A DNA stretch of 63,694 nt, filler included. It is 9 parts of 9 records of this genome, joined end to end, with 100 filler letters (N's around TTAATTAATTAA, not from the genome) between each part and the next. Parts side by side here need not be neighbours in the genome. Positions count along the whole stretch, not along the records: positions 1 to 12,166 come from SRR7504441_415; positions 12,267 to 19,573 come from SRR7504441_422; 7 more parts are not named here. One strand, 5' to 3'. A program made the position numbers and the translations under genes. Below are positions 1 through 13,385 of the stretch, piece by piece (the first letter of the stretch is position 1; the number at the start of each line of letters is the position of its first letter). The notes below the pieces were generated by a model. It was not told where the DNA came from and made no database searches. It was given only the letters and a program-made list of their open reading frames with translations.

Positions 1-62
1 CAAATAACAGGTAGACTATTCAAGTACCAAGTAGATCTAGATCTACTTGTACAGGTAAAACC

Positions 63-1527
63 ATGGTGGTGGCCCGAAGCGTTCTTCAAGGTGAAGCGTT
101 CTTCCAGGAAGAGACCCGGGGAATGCGTATCTCCCCGCTCGTGATTGTGTGCTGCTATAATGGCTTCGATGATTTAGCCCACCAGCCGCGGGGTACCATG
201 GCCACCAAGTACTCTCTCATGGTCTACAAGGTCGACCTGGATTCGGGCCGGATGACCTGCGCCTCGGTGCTAGCACCAACTGTGACCGCTGAGCTTATTG
301 CAGGTTATATCTCCGGCGGTGCGAAATCCAGCGTTCATTAGGGTGCACCCTAGCAAGAATGTTTTCTGGGTCTGCACCGAATCGATCACGGACCACGGCG
401 AGGTGCACGCATTCGAATACGATCCCCATACTGGCGCCTGCCGCAGTCTTGGGCACCAATCAGCCCAGGGTAAATGCGCCATGCAATTTCACTGCTGAGC
501 CACACCAATGATATAGGTACGTCAACCTGCTACCTCACTCTGGACCGCGAGGAAAACAACCTACTGATCGTCAACTACTGGGATTCAACCGTGGGAACTA
601 TGCCGGTCAAATCTGACGGGTCCCTACTCCCGATAGCACACATGTATGACCCTCCACGCCGACAGGCAATTGCCAAGTCAGTTGCGCTGCCATGCAACTG
701 CGTGCTGAATGGGGCTTTCAGCAAACGTGCCGGCGGACGTGCCCACTCTGATAATGATGCTGAGACAGCCCGGCTGCGCCAGGTGCTTGATACCTCCCGC
801 TGGTTTCTCAAGCTTGAATCAGGAGCACCCGCACACTCATTCGATCGTGTTGGATCCGATCTTTGGCCGGATAGCCTTTGCTCCAGACCTCGGTATGGAC
901 ATTGTGAGGCAGTTTGTGTACACTGAGGACAAGCAACTGATGGCAGCAGGGAGCGTACCGGCTGGGATCGACAGGCCACTGGGGCCGAGGTACATAGAGT
1001 TTCACCAGCAGCAACACACCACAGCCTATGTGGTAAATGAGCTAGCCTCGTCCATCTCAGTGTTCCTGCTGAACGTGGAGGCCTGCAAGGCGCTCATCCA
1101 CCTGCCTCTCAGCCAGTTGGAAGACAACAAGACAGCCTGTCTCCAACTGATACAAACTGTTTCCACTATTCCTCATGCTTTCCCGAGTGCCCTCAATACT
1201 TGTGGCCGTGTTGCAGTGCATCCGTCTGGACGTTGGGTGGTGGTGTCAAACCGCGGGCACGATTCCATTGCCATCTTCAAGTCTCATCTTTCACAAGAAA
1301 TGATGCTTACGCCGGCATCGCTTTTCCATACGAAGGGCGAGACTCCGAGGCATTTCCAGTTTGATAAATCTGGCGAGTTTTTGTTTGTGGCAAATCAAGA
1401 TACTGACAGTGTCTCAGTCTTCCGCTTCAACCAAAGCACTGGCAAGTGCAATTTCACGAGCCATCAGTATCGAGTGTCTTCGCCGAACTTTGTACAAGTG
1501 ATCAATCCACGGGTGGAGCCTAGGTGA
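63..1527 (+). CDS. 6-phosphogluconolactonase / cycloisomerase-2 family 7-bladed beta-propeller lactonase (spliced)
   Basis: Splicing GT-AG introns 267-303, 470-516, 677-721 (probable) and 783-822 joins four ORF fragments. Motifs RQEHPHTHSIVLDP, GPRYIEFH, AYVVNEL, HPSGRWVVVSNRGHDSIAIF, GETPRHFQFD and LFVANQDTDSVSVF are typical of the Pgl/YbhE family. Confidence 0.85.
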
Positions 1528-2146
1528 CCACTCATGGTTAAATCATCACATGTACGGTATGATCTAACCGATGGAATCTACTTGTAGGTGGTTGACCAAT
1601 GCAATGCTTTGACCTCTCCATGTGAGTTACATGGGCTTTAAAGACTATGTTGGGCTGGATTGCAGGATTCGGTGATGCGTGATCACCAAGGATTGATTAC
1701 ATGAATTCCCGTAATAATTGAAGATCCCCGGTATGCGAATAGTATATACGCATCCCAATTCTAGATCTGCACCAGTGAATGACTTGACACGGTAAGAGTA
1801 ACGACAAGTCGCTGATTAGAGTGCTGCATAAATGCCGAAGGGTGCGGCCACCAGCCACAAATCTTTTCAGTATTGACCCGAATAATATTAATTTTATACG
1901 GTCCTCAGGTTTTCCGTGAGTCGACAAACCAAGGCATCGAATCAGCATCAAACTAAGTAAGTAAGTAACTAGAAGGAAGGTGTATCGCTATGCTCTGCGA
2001 GGCTCATCTGGTCGCTTGATTATGCGCTAATTATGCGCGCATAAATCAATCACATTTATGTATCATTTTACTTGTACCTACCGCGTATTTCTCTGCGATC
2101 GACGTCAACTACTTTGGATTCTAGAAGACTGGACCACTCACAAAAG

Positions 2147-5100
2147 CTAAGTAAAAACCTCTCCAAGAGCAGATAGCTGCTCTGCAGCAGCTCCGAGAAA
2201 ATTGGGGGTGGTCTTTATGCGTTGTAATCTGGCAGCAGTTTGCCATTGGCCAGCTGCCCGTAGCTGGCTGGCAATACGCTTACAGGTATCAATAAGTTTA
2301 GGGACGACCTGATGCTTCGTTTGTAATTGGACCACGCTGGGGACTTGTGCTGCAGGACCATCCAGGCTCAGAGTACTAAGTTCTGGTCCACACGCTCTGA
2401 CCAAATGTTCACAGACAGAATGTGACTCCTGAAGCAGTATCCATGTTTCGTCTGCATCAGGATTTAAATTGTGATCCAGTAAAGGAGTAAAATCCTTCTT
2501 ACGTTCCTCTGTCAATGAGGTGCACACGCGGTCACCAACAAACTTTTCAATCAGGTCGAGCTCAACTTTGGATTCGGCCCAGACGAAGGCTGGCTCATGT
2601 TCACTTGTCAGAAGCTTGTTGAGTGTAGCATCACATGTCAGTAACAAAGTATGCAAATCAACCCCAACTAAGCTCTGTGGCACGATACGAGGTGGCTCCC
2701 CACGCATCGCATGCAGTAGGGCTAAATGAAGCTTTTCTACAAAATTCATGAACGCCTGCTTGTCTATTTTGACTTTGTTGAATAGCTTCGCCACGACATA
2801 CTGTCTGATCTCAATTGCTATAAGCTGGTGTGGATAAGATTGTTGGTGTGATTCATGAACTGAAGCTGAAGGAATCAAATCAGCAAGCTCACTGATGCAC
2901 TCAGCACACACATCATGATCACCATTTGACACAAGAGCAGACGCCATACTACACCAGTAGCCAGCAGGCATGCCATTCCTTGGGCTGAGAGTTGTTGCAC
3001 ACAGTCGTAAGCAAGCTCGCATTTGATGCTCTGAGGCCCACATTCGCGCAGCAGCATAGCTGGGCTGCGAATCTCCGTATGCACGGACTATTCCTGGCTC
3101 CTGCTGCTCATAGGCGTACATGCGGAGGTGCTCAAGCATGGACTCGGCTATCACTAGAGCCTCTTTTGATTCGAATGATTTGAAGTTGTAACTGAACTGC
3201 TGTAAATGGTCTTTGAGAAGCTGCTGTCGTAGTTGATCAGCAATACACAATGCCTGCGAAATCTCGCCTTCTTTACTGCAGTCGATCTCTTCAACCAGCA
3301 ATGGAAATAGCATTGAGCTGAGCTGACCAGCCGCGTTTATGCAAGTCTCCAAATCAACAGGCAAAGCGAGCGATGCACAGTAATTATATGTCTCATTGAG
3401 CTGTTTGGCTGTTAAGCCAGCGTACAGGGTATCGAAATCCGTCAGTTGCCGAAGTGCTGGAAGCATTGAAAGTCCAGACAGTATCTTACAACCTTGATTG
3501 CACACCTCTTTTATGTCCCGTGGCACATGATGTTGAGCTTGAACCAAGTACTCTCCAGAGACCTCGACGTGCAGCTTACCCTGAACCATATACCTGAGTG
3601 TCGAGAGCAGCATTGCAGTGGCATGATCCAAAGACATCACCACACTAGGGTTGATGAGGAGAGTATCTCTAGATAGGAGAAGCCAACCTAGCCAACCTGC
3701 TTCGAGAGCCTCGCATTGCAGTCCAGAGCAGTGCAATAGGTCTGCCATGGGTCCTGCTAATGCTGCAAGCTGTGCCACCTGCACACCTGAGTCGAACGTG
3801 TCATTATAAAAACGAGAGCACCTGCGAGTTGGAAAGGACTCTCGAACTGGATGATTGGTTAGTAGCACTGCAGCTCGTGGACATTGCGTGTGGCTCCAGG
3901 AGCTTTAGAGCTGCAGCCCATTGGTCGAGAATCTGCATGACCATTTGTTCACCAATCAAGGCAGGTTAAGGAAATATACATGCAGCTAGGCCTAGCATTG
4001 CCACAGCACAGCCACTCGGCGCAGATGAGGGAAATAGCCCCAAGTGCAATCTGGGATGGGTAAACGATACCTTAGCATTTTCCAGTCGGCTTCTTGATCT
4101 CTGCATCCTATGCATTATCTTTGGTAGGAATACATGTGGTGCGAGAGTGCTAGGCGCCAAGCGATTCAGAAGTGCACACAGCCGTGCTGTGATAGATCTT
4201 GAAGTGCAATCTGCTGCAAAGTCATAGGGAGCACCGCTGGATGCCTCATGGGGCAGTAGCTCTGCAACCGATAATATCCAAGATAGATAACGAGTCAAGT
4301 CTGAGACAAACTGATAAGAAGTGTCTTTTGTAGAAGAAAAATGAGGAGCCTGAATCGAGTGCGATGAAGGACACATAAGCCGTAGCACTGTAGTAACATT
4401 GCGCATCAGGACACTGAACCACTGATGAATGAGAAGGAAGGACTCGACCACATGCGCTGGTTTGCTACTAGCTTGGTGGCACCATCCTAAATGCCTGGCA
4501 AAAGTACGAAGTCGCTCAGTTGCCATCGTAGCGTTGTCGCCTTCGGGGGTGCCAAAATCCCACAGAAAAGTCTTACCAAAATGTGATGCATCAATTAAAA
4601 GACTTGCGCGGGACACCAGCCCATGAAATGTGTGAAAGGCTAGCCCTGATATGTCAGCATGTAGTACCGAAGGCATAGCCTGCGGCTCACCACACACTGT
4701 CACAAGAAGTTCAAATATCAAAGCTGCCTCCTGAACCGAGAGGACAGACACAGCATGTTTAGGATCGCTCACCAGTTGAAGGCACGCCTTCACTTGTTCT
4801 GCATGTGTTTTAATGAAGTCATGGCCGAAGGAAAGATTCTTTGATTGTGTGTATAATGTACGAAGCTCTGCAGCGGCCAGGGAGAGCAACAGAAGCCAAC
4901 ATCTGTGCGCCCCACTGTCGTTTTGGCTGAAGGGCTGTATGCCTTGTGAGAAATTCGCTGTACACAGAGCCTGTGTGAAGTAGGGAATGCTGGAAAGAGT
5001 TTGACTTGTTTCTTTGGAGAGCACAAGTAACAGATGTACAACAGCAATTCCCCGAGATGGCACTTGCTGGAAATTGGCTATCAGCCATGCTAAAAGGCTG

Positions 5101-8100
5101 CTGAGAGAGTGCAAGTGCTCAAACAGAGTAGAAACAGCCCTGCTTTTCAAATGAGCTGACCTGCTTAACGTAGTGAAAAGATAGGTCAGTAGAGCAGCAC
5201 CAGCAACACACAGGCCATGCACTTCGTCTTCATTATTGCTCAAGACTAACGGGTTGTGTTTGTCATTGGGCATCATTGTGAAAATTGCACATGTGTCTCT
5301 TACAAGCTGTGTGATGACCGTGACAAACTCCTCACCTCTCATCACACTTTGATGCAACTGCTCAGAATCGATCACAGATCGATAAGAAAGCACAGAGCAA
5401 ATGGTAATCGCCAATGTGGCGTATAGATTGCGATGCTCACCTGATCCGTCAGTCCCACAGAGAAGTGAACAAATGGAGCTGCTAAGTCTTGCCAGATTCA
5501 CAAATGTCTTCAGCAAAAGGATGGCATCCTTGACGTTTACGCTTGATACTCCAGTCCTACGCTGCTCGATTTTGATGAGTCGTAAGACCGTCTACCAAAC
5601 ATAGGAATATCAGGACAAGCCCAAGCTAACCGGAGCACCTTGACACAGCAGCGCACTGATCTTGTGAGTGAGGTTGATCGAAAAGCTAGAGGGTTGAGGC
5701 AACTCACAAGTGAAGAGAGTTCACTGACACAAAGGAAGAGACTGTGACCCTGAAGCAAGTCATAATGTGCAGCAAGCTCCATGTGTGATAGCCATGCATG
5801 CATTAAATCCTGTTCTGCAGATCGGAGTCTTTGCCGCACAAAGTGAACACACCCAAGCTCACAAGGCATCAGAGAGGACTCCACCAAGAAAAAGGAAAGC
5901 CTAGCATCCAGGCTGCCACAGCTGAAGCCGACAAAATGTATGTGTCTTCTCTGCTTCCACTCCAGAAGAGTGCGGATTGAGACCGCTTGTACAAGTTTGT
6001 CCGGCACTGAAAGCTCAACTGTATCAAGGAAAGAAGTTAATAGTCTCTCCTCTGCCTGCACCGGATGCATCTTGAGCAAAGCATGATAGACTGCAGTGGC
6101 AGCCTGTCCTGAGGATATAGCATTTTCGAGCTCGTTCAATTTGGCATCATGCTTTTGGATAGCGTTCTCAGTGTTCTTATTGATTGCCATTTGCTGATCA
6201 GCCATCAGCGTGACAAATGCGTTGTGGCGCAACCATCTATCACAGTATCGAGCCAATGGCACTGTGGTGCTATATTCGCGGTGTAGCCCTGTCGGACCAA
6301 TCAAGTCAGCCGCCTTAGTGAAAAGAGCAGCTGCATGTGTCAGTCTGCTACAAGCGCTGGGATGGAGCCACACCACAAATGCATGCACAGCACACAGTGC
6401 AGATTTGAGTTCATGAGCCATTGCTTGCAGCTGCAGCTTGGCTTCCTGGCTGAGTCTTGGACTGCATTCTGGCAGGGCAGCCAAGTGCTGCTCGCTAGCT
6501 GCCTCTGGCGGAAAATCAACTGTTTCAGAGCTGGATTTTGAATAGCACCGCCACGCCTCTCTTTTGAACTCTTCATTGCTCAGTCCGTTAAGCTGCTTCT
6601 CGCTCTTAGTGCAAAGCTCTGACTGGAGAAGCCAGATTGTGAGCGACTTCCTTGGGTTACTGACTGCAAGCCATATTGCAAGTGCTTGCGTACAACCAGC
6701 CAGTGTAATCTGGCTCAGAATGTCTTCTAGCTCACTCCAACCTTCACCTGAGCGCTGCAGGAGTGTAAAACTCTCAAGGACCTGTGTCAGCACATGCTCA
6801 CATACACCTGCCATATTTTTCCAACGCCAGAGCAGCCCACAGTGATCTAGTTCTGTGCCTAAGCAGATCTTCTGCAACAATTCTCTATCACCTGGACTCT
6901 CACTCAGATCCTGCTTTACTTGTGCAAGTTGCAGGTGCGGTGACACATATAGCCATTGGAGCCATTGGTGAGGACAAGCTGTGAGGCTGTTTGTCGTAGT
7001 CAGACAACTTTGTATGCTTTTGGTCATATCAGATGCTGTGTTGGAAAGCAACGCTCTTGGTAAGAGGAGCTTCATCATTTGTTCCCCGCATTCAACTGCT
7101 TCAGTGGTACAGTTACCCTTTTTGTATAAAACATTAGAGGTAAGGCGAATGGCAGCGGCAATAGCTTGCATACGCTGCCTGTGCAAGATTAGCTCTGGCC
7201 TGACATCTCGCCCTGTAAGCGCTTCTGCAATGAGCGTCAAGCTCTGACCAGCAGTGGACTGTGCTGAGAAGGTAGTGTGTGCCTCTACAATCTCTTCAAG
7301 ATCATGAAAGATATCTCTAATCACAGTACTGTAACCAGTCTGTGCTGCCTGGCTAGAAACCCTGACTTTGAAAGTCGACCCATTAATGATGACCTCACTC
7401 ATTTTAGTGCAGGCATCAGAGCTTTGCAGAAGCAATTCAGCCTCCTCAGTAGTACCGGTGAAGATGACAGCTGTCTGCCGCACCTGCACCACAGGGTAGT
7501 AGAGTTACTGTAGATGGAACAGTTACTATCTATAATCGCACATAACATTGAAAATACAGTGACTCACCACATCGAGATCAATCTCCTGGACAACACCTTC
7601 ACAGGGACTGGAGGCTATGACGGACCAGCCAGCCTTGACAAGGTCATAAATTGCATTCCTGATGTCAATTTCTTGGAGTGAGACCGGAATATTTTCGAGA
7701 AACCTTAGCATGAAGGATCCTAAGCTGCTCTTTGATTTCTGCTTTCCAACAACCTCAACCAAACGCAATGCCTCCAGTACCAATTCAGGATGATTAGTCA
7801 TGAGTTGTTTGTGTGCTCTGATCTTATTAATGGAAAATTGCAAAAGGGAGGGGCTTGGTGTGGCAACACTTTGCGGGCCATCACCTAGCTCATGATCCGG
7901 TGCCACAGAGCAAAGGAGCTGTCCTAGAGCATTGCCAGCTTGTGTAGCACTCCTGGCAAGCCTCAAAATAGACGATGCAGTCCTTGGGTTGGACTCAGGA
8001 TGGCAGTGTTTGGCAACAAGATCACCCCATGATGGCACGTCATCTTTGTTACCCGCACTCAAGACCTGATGGAGTGGTAACCGGTATGAGGGGCGGCCTG

Positions 8101-11100
8101 GATCTTGTGAATGAATGCAGACTGTGGCAAGTTGTCGAAGTATTCGGAGTGCAAGGATTTCAATTGTCATAGGATAGTGACTGCCGTCTGCATACTTAGC
8201 AATCTCCCGAACAAACATGGTTAAAGTTGGCCTCATGTTATTTGCTTCCCTGAGAACAGTCTGTGATGCACCACTTGTGATGTGCTCCAAAAGAACTCTG
8301 GCAAGAGAATTTGATGACAACAGGCAAGAGATGAGTAGAAGGAGCACTTCGACAACTTCACTCATGACACACCATTCATACTTCACCATTGGTCGCCAGA
8401 CTGCAATTAATATCTTTATAAGTGCAGCACCAAGATCCAAGTCATTTAGGATTGCTTTCCAGCCCAAGGTAGATGGGCAGCTGTTATCATGGCTGGACGT
8501 ATCAGCTGCTTGGTAGAGGGTAAATATGTCCAATAGTACAACTAGCATCCCATGGGCAAGCCTCCATTTTGATATTGGATCAGCGACATTATCACTGCCT
8601 TGCCAGCAGTGACTGCTAGTAAACAACCGCATGCAGAGTTCAGCCAAAGCAGGCTGTAAGACCGCACCATGCACAGAACGCCATTCCTCGTGCACTGGTG
8701 ATCGCATGAGCTGGTGAACTAGCTCTACAAATGCATTGGTGGCTGGATAGTCACCAGTAGCACATTCTGCCTGCCACATTGACATTGCTGTGGTTCCCAA
8801 ACCAGTCACTGCCAAGAGCTTGAGATCGTGAAGTATTGCAACTAATTGGAGTGAGGCTTGAAGAAGGGATTGGCCAGAGGCCTGGACACACCCAACCCCC
8901 CATAGCATTGTGATGCATTTGGCCATCTGCACACACAAGTATCTCAGTCCAAAGCTGCAGCAACACAGTGGGTACCACATTCAGGGCCAGAGTGCTGCCT
9001 TGCGCATCAAAGTAGCAAGTGCTAGAGCACGCCTGTAGTATTGCTGCTGCACCATGAAACGCACGTTGAGCCATTGGCAAGATGCAGCTGTCATACAACC
9101 GCATGTCTATCCATTCACTAGCCTCATTCCATAGTCGAAATAGCTTCTCATACTCCTGTATGTGATATATCCCTTCGCTATCATTGTCCTGCCGATCGAG
9201 ACCTACACAGCTGTTCTCCCCACATGCACAACTGGCTCTATTTGTCAACTGGCTAAATAAATACTCAATTCCTTCGGGTTCCTCCTCATCAAGATCCCCT
9301 GGCAGGCAGCAGACCAGCTGCAGATGCCAGTGATGATGTGCCACCACTCGACACAGCTGAGCAAAAAGCTGGCAGGCTTGATCCAGACTATGCATTATTT
9401 TGAAGTCTGATGCAAGGTGCAATCTAATTTGCTCATCGCTGCTCTGTACCCACTGGGAGCACACATTCTCAGTCAGGTGCTGGCACCACACAAAACCACT
9501 CCAAGACGAAAGCAGGTCTGCTACAGGACTTTGAGCTTGGTCTGGTATTTCCCAGATCTGGGCCTGAACATTTAGCTGACCCCCTGTTCCCTGTAGCGTG
9601 ACAATACTCCAGGCACTGTCAGTGTTGTAAGTGACAGGTGTGCCTTGCTGGACTTTTGGCAGTTCTATTGTCACAGGTTGGTTCATCCATATCAGTAACG
9701 ATGCTTGGTGCACAGGGCCACGCGGTACGAAGAGGATCTGATCACCAGAGCACACTATTTGTCTGCTGGATGCGTTAGATGCACTGAGCATCCTACAGCT
9801 TATCTTCTGATTCTCCAGGACCAGCCAGACATTTTCACCTGGACCCAACATGACTGGAGCAAGCCCAGCTGGGCTCACCAGTGATCACTGCACGACGGTC
9901 CCAGGTCACAGCTTGCTCAGCGCAGGTTCCAGGGACCTAAACTACCATCAGCTTCACACTGTAAATGCCCTATAGAATACAGGAAAGTGCGGGATCGGAT
10001 GGTTTTTAGAAGTGTATATATGCACCAGCTCAGCAGTAGATCGATCAACACCACACCGCGGAGCAGGAACAATAAAGTGGCGCCTACTGTCTCCATAGCC
10101 AGGCCATTTCCCTTCAAATCTGTGAGAAGTGATCATAGGTGTTTCATCACTGGGTAAGGCGCATCCTGGTTCCATGCACACCTGCTGGTCTTCCAATGTA
10201 CAAGGACCGCAAAAGTACCGCAGGCGCGCAAATTGTTGCAAAACTGCTGCTGCTGAAGCAGGCTCATTGCCCACGAGCACTGCAAGTAGTTGCAAGAGTC
10301 CGTCAAGTTGCATAGGAAACCTAAGCATGCACTGATGAATTAAGGTCTCGACAAATGTTTTTGGCGAGTTGACATGGTGTGACAGCTGCATGATTTGCCC
10401 CAGGTTTACCCCACTTCGGTAGACCTGACCGGTGGCCCCTCCAAATACTGATTTGAACACCATGAGTAGATCTGGTGTAATGTGATGCCAACGTTCACTG
10501 GTGATCTGCAGACCTCTGCACATCGTATCAAGAAGCGCCTTGATCACATCCTACAGCACACTCACTGAGGCCCAAGGGTGTGCAAGCACCTTGTATGCTA
10601 CAACTATGCTTGGAAACAAGCGCTGTGACACATCTGAGCTGTTGCCAGAAGCCACTCCTTTCCCAGAGCAAAGCTCTTTCAGCGAAGCAAAAGCACTCAG
10701 ACGCTCAGCTGCTGCCCAGTGCTTCTCAATCATCTGCCATAGTGCAGCTGACTCAGCATTGTGTGTCTCCCCAGGCAGCTCTGCATGCATCCGTACCAAT
10801 CTAAGTGCCCAGGCCATCCGTAGAATCCCATGTGGTTGCCTCGAATGGTTGGCCCCATCCAGTGCCTCGATTGAGGTGTTGATTTCATACACACGACTCA
10901 TTGAAGGCTTAACTCCATCCACCGCTAGCAAAACAACGAGCGATGCAAGCTGACGAATTCGACCGCTCAATTCAGCCACGTGGGCATCGTTAGCTGCTGA
11001 TATTAATTGTGTCAGGCTCAGTCGGCCACTACCCCACACTGTGAGGTTCAGCACCTGGATTATTGAAATTAGCATGGGCTGCCTGTCTGGCTGATTGAGC

Positions 11101-12027
11101 ATATTTGAGTCAGCTGTGGCAATGTCACCACCATCATGTTGCAGGCTGCCAAACAGCACTCCAAACATGGCTTGCAGACTGATCAGCATCTCATTCAGTA
11201 CAACAGGAACGCGCTCGTGTGGAGGACTGTCTGGCAGCAGCACACGGGAATTGCTCTCCGAGCTGGTGATGGAGGTGGCAGCATCAAGCAAAGAGCTACT
11301 GGCTCGCGACACAGTGTGGACTGTGTCCCACCACTGTGCCGCATTGGTTGTTGGACAGAATGCGCACAGCATGGACTTCACCAAGGATGTGCCATTCTGC
11401 TGCATGAAGCGAGCTTGGACCTGGCAGCACCGTCCTCTTGGGTCAGTAGACTTTGAAGTTGTTTGCTCTGACATCAAGCTCGGACAAGATTCTCGGTCGT
11501 TACCTCCCAGTGCAAGTTCCAGCACACACATGCATGCTGCTTGCCGTTCAAGGACGTACCAGCCGATCAAATCCTCAAGGCTCACAGCTCTGCCAACGTT
11601 CCGCGTCTTCGGGTAGTTGAGCAGCAAATGCATCGCAGTAATGTTCCCAACGCCCAGCTTGCCGGAAGCTCGAATCATAAAGTCTTTTCGGACTGGGTCC
11701 AGCGCCACCTTCATACCGTTGTGTTGTAAATCCCCTGAAGCAGCGGGTTCGGGAGAATCTAGGGATTCAGGGGCGCTATTGAACTGCATCTCCTGCTCAT
11801 CGCCTGCGTTTTGATACCAGGAAAGACAGTGAACCAATCGTTCTCGGTGCTCCATCAGCAAACCCTCCTGCAGCACCCTCACGCCGGAATTCGAGAACCA
11901 GGGTCACCATCCGAGCAAGATGGGCCTGCTCCTGGTCGCACGAGAGTCGATCAAAGCCCTCGACGTCCATCGGCCACCGGATTTGATTCCAGAGCACATT
12001 GGAGCTGATATCCCGGTCCACAATCAT
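2147..12027 (-). CDS. NUP188: Nucleoporin Nup188-like large alpha-solenoid protein (multi-exon, about 3000 aa)
   Basis: Consecutive long minus-strand ORFs join through short introns (e.g. 11868-11907, 10551-10589, 3933-4070, 3781-3823). The N-terminus SSNVLW...LLMEHRERLVHCLSWYQ...WYVLERQAACMCVLEL and internal RFPMQLDGLLQLLAVL and ECATGDYPATNAFVELV resemble recalled Nup188 motifs (SSRELW, RLLEGLSYY, YYYEERTCILRCVLHL, FPHLLSPLLQLLRAL, EQPQGEYGVTIAFLRL). Confidence 0.7.
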
Positions 12028-12166
12028 CGCCGCCGCCGGCCGGCACGAGCCGGCGGGATTTCAAGTACCGGTACGGCTATACGGGTATTTACAAGTATAA
12101 AGTACCGTACTACTCAGTTTGGCTCACATGTAAGTAATACTTGAAGCGGTAGACCGGATCGAGGCC

Positions 12167-12266
12167 NNNNNNNNNNNNNNNNNNNNNNNNNNNNNNNNNN
12201 NNNNNNNNNNTTAATTAATTAANNNNNNNNNNNNNNNNNNNNNNNNNNNNNNNNNNNNNNNNNNNN
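12167..12266. other. Artificial contig spacer N44-TTAATTAATTAA-N44 (six-frame stop linker)
   Basis: Identical 100-bp linker recurs eight times in the window. Confidence 0.98.
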
Positions 12267-12347
12267 GAGATTTGAGCTTCAAATACAGGGGTTGTCGCGG
12301 CAGAGTTCCAAAATGTTGAAATATTTAATTAATGGCAATGAGCGCCC

Positions 12348-13268
12348 TTAAGGTTGTGTGGGCTGGTCGGTCTCCTCGAGCTGCTTATTTCGTCGCCGCC
12401 TGAGCTCGAGAAATTTGTGAAGCATCTTCATACTGTAGTCCGTGAGCGACAACAAGCCCTCGGCTCCACCTGTATTTATTCTGGCATCCGGGCGCCCTCG
12501 CATCAAGAACGGCATGCTCAACCGAGGTACCTCCCCGGCCGGTCGCAGCACCCGGTGCACGGTGGCCTTGTACTGGTTCTTGCTCAGGGCTTGCAAGATC
12601 TCCCCTGCGAACACCACCACGTGGGTGCAGTCCAGCCCGCGCTCCGGGAGGACCCAGCTGCCGTCCGCCCGCTGGATCTGCACCCCAGGCACCGCCGAGC
12701 AGGTGGCCAGCGTCACGAAACAGCTGTCCGTGTGCGCCCCAAACGCCACTGCCTCGCCGGCCTCCAGGTCGCTCCCTTGCGGCCCCTCCTCGCAATCCCA
12801 CGCACTGCCCTCGACCGGATCGTACTTGCACAGCCGGAGTGCCGACGCGGTCAGCCCGGGCTGCCCGGCATCGACCACCTGCAGGAATACCTGCGGGTCG
12901 GCCCCGAGATCCCGGGCGATCGCTGCCAGCAGCCCGCGCCCCACCCGCAGCAGCAGCGAAAACATGGCTGCCACCGCCTCGGCGAAGCCGTCGAGCGGCG
13001 GCGCCGGGTCGGGGACGGCCTCCGGGTACCGCAGCCGCATCTCTACAAAGTCGCGCTGGTCGGACTGCCTGTAGCCCACCAGCAGACCGTCCACCATCCG
13101 CATTCCCGGCAGCCCGTCGGCCGCCCCCCCGAACAGCCCCCCCAGCTGCTGCTGGAACTGGATCGCCACCGGACGGTCCGCCGCCGGCAGCTCCAGCGTG
13201 GCGTACCCGTCCTCCCGGAGCGCGAGCGCCGCACGCCGAAGGTCTCCAGCCTGCTCGTCCTCCTCCAT
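12348..13268 (-). CDS. 2-oxoglutarate/Fe(II)-dependent dioxygenase (IPNS/DIOX-like), intronless
   Basis: Motifs LRLCKY, FGAHTD (HxD), GEILQALSKNQYKATVHRV (distal His) and RLSMPFL (RxS). The ATG at 13268 is preferred over the upstream TTG. Confidence 0.85.
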   Translation of the reverse strand: MEEDEQAGDLRRAALALREDGYATLELPAADRPVAIQFQQQLGGLFGGAADGLPGMRMVDGLLVGYRQSDQRDFVEMRLRYPEAVPDPAPPLDGFAEAVAAMFSLLLRVGRGLLAAIARDLGADPQVFLQVVDAGQPGLTASALRLCKYDPVEGSAWDCEEGPQGSDLEAGEAVAFGAHTDSCFVTLATCSAVPGVQIQRADGSWVLPERGLDCTHVVVFAGEILQALSKNQYKATVHRVLRPAGEVPRLSMPFLMRGRPDARINTGGAEGLLSLTDYSMKMLHKFLELRRRRNKQLEETDQPTQP

Positions 13269-13385
13269 CCCCGTGCAGCTCTCGATTTTTGAGAAAAAGC
13301 CAGGTGTGCTCGGGAGCACCAAGAGGCAAGAGCCGGCGGCGGAGGAGAGCCTGCGCTAAGCCGGCGGGCGGCGACTCGATCGGTG

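Noticed and set aside
1697-1951. 84-aa ORF between the convergent lactonase and NUP188 genes
   Set aside because: Non-ATG first codon, no motif, and an AT-rich 3' intergenic location. Probably spurious.
2147-12027. Broken ORFs as frameshifted pseudogenes or programmed frameshifts
   Set aside because: Each break examined is resolved by a short GT-AG or GC-AG intron restoring the frame.
12354-13329. Long overlapping or antisense ORFs here and in other GC-rich regions (20300-21200, 39446-41486, 50739-51728, 56788-58480)
   Set aside because: These are shadow ORFs caused by stop-codon scarcity at high GC. Their translations are Arg/Pro/Ala/Gly-rich with no domains.
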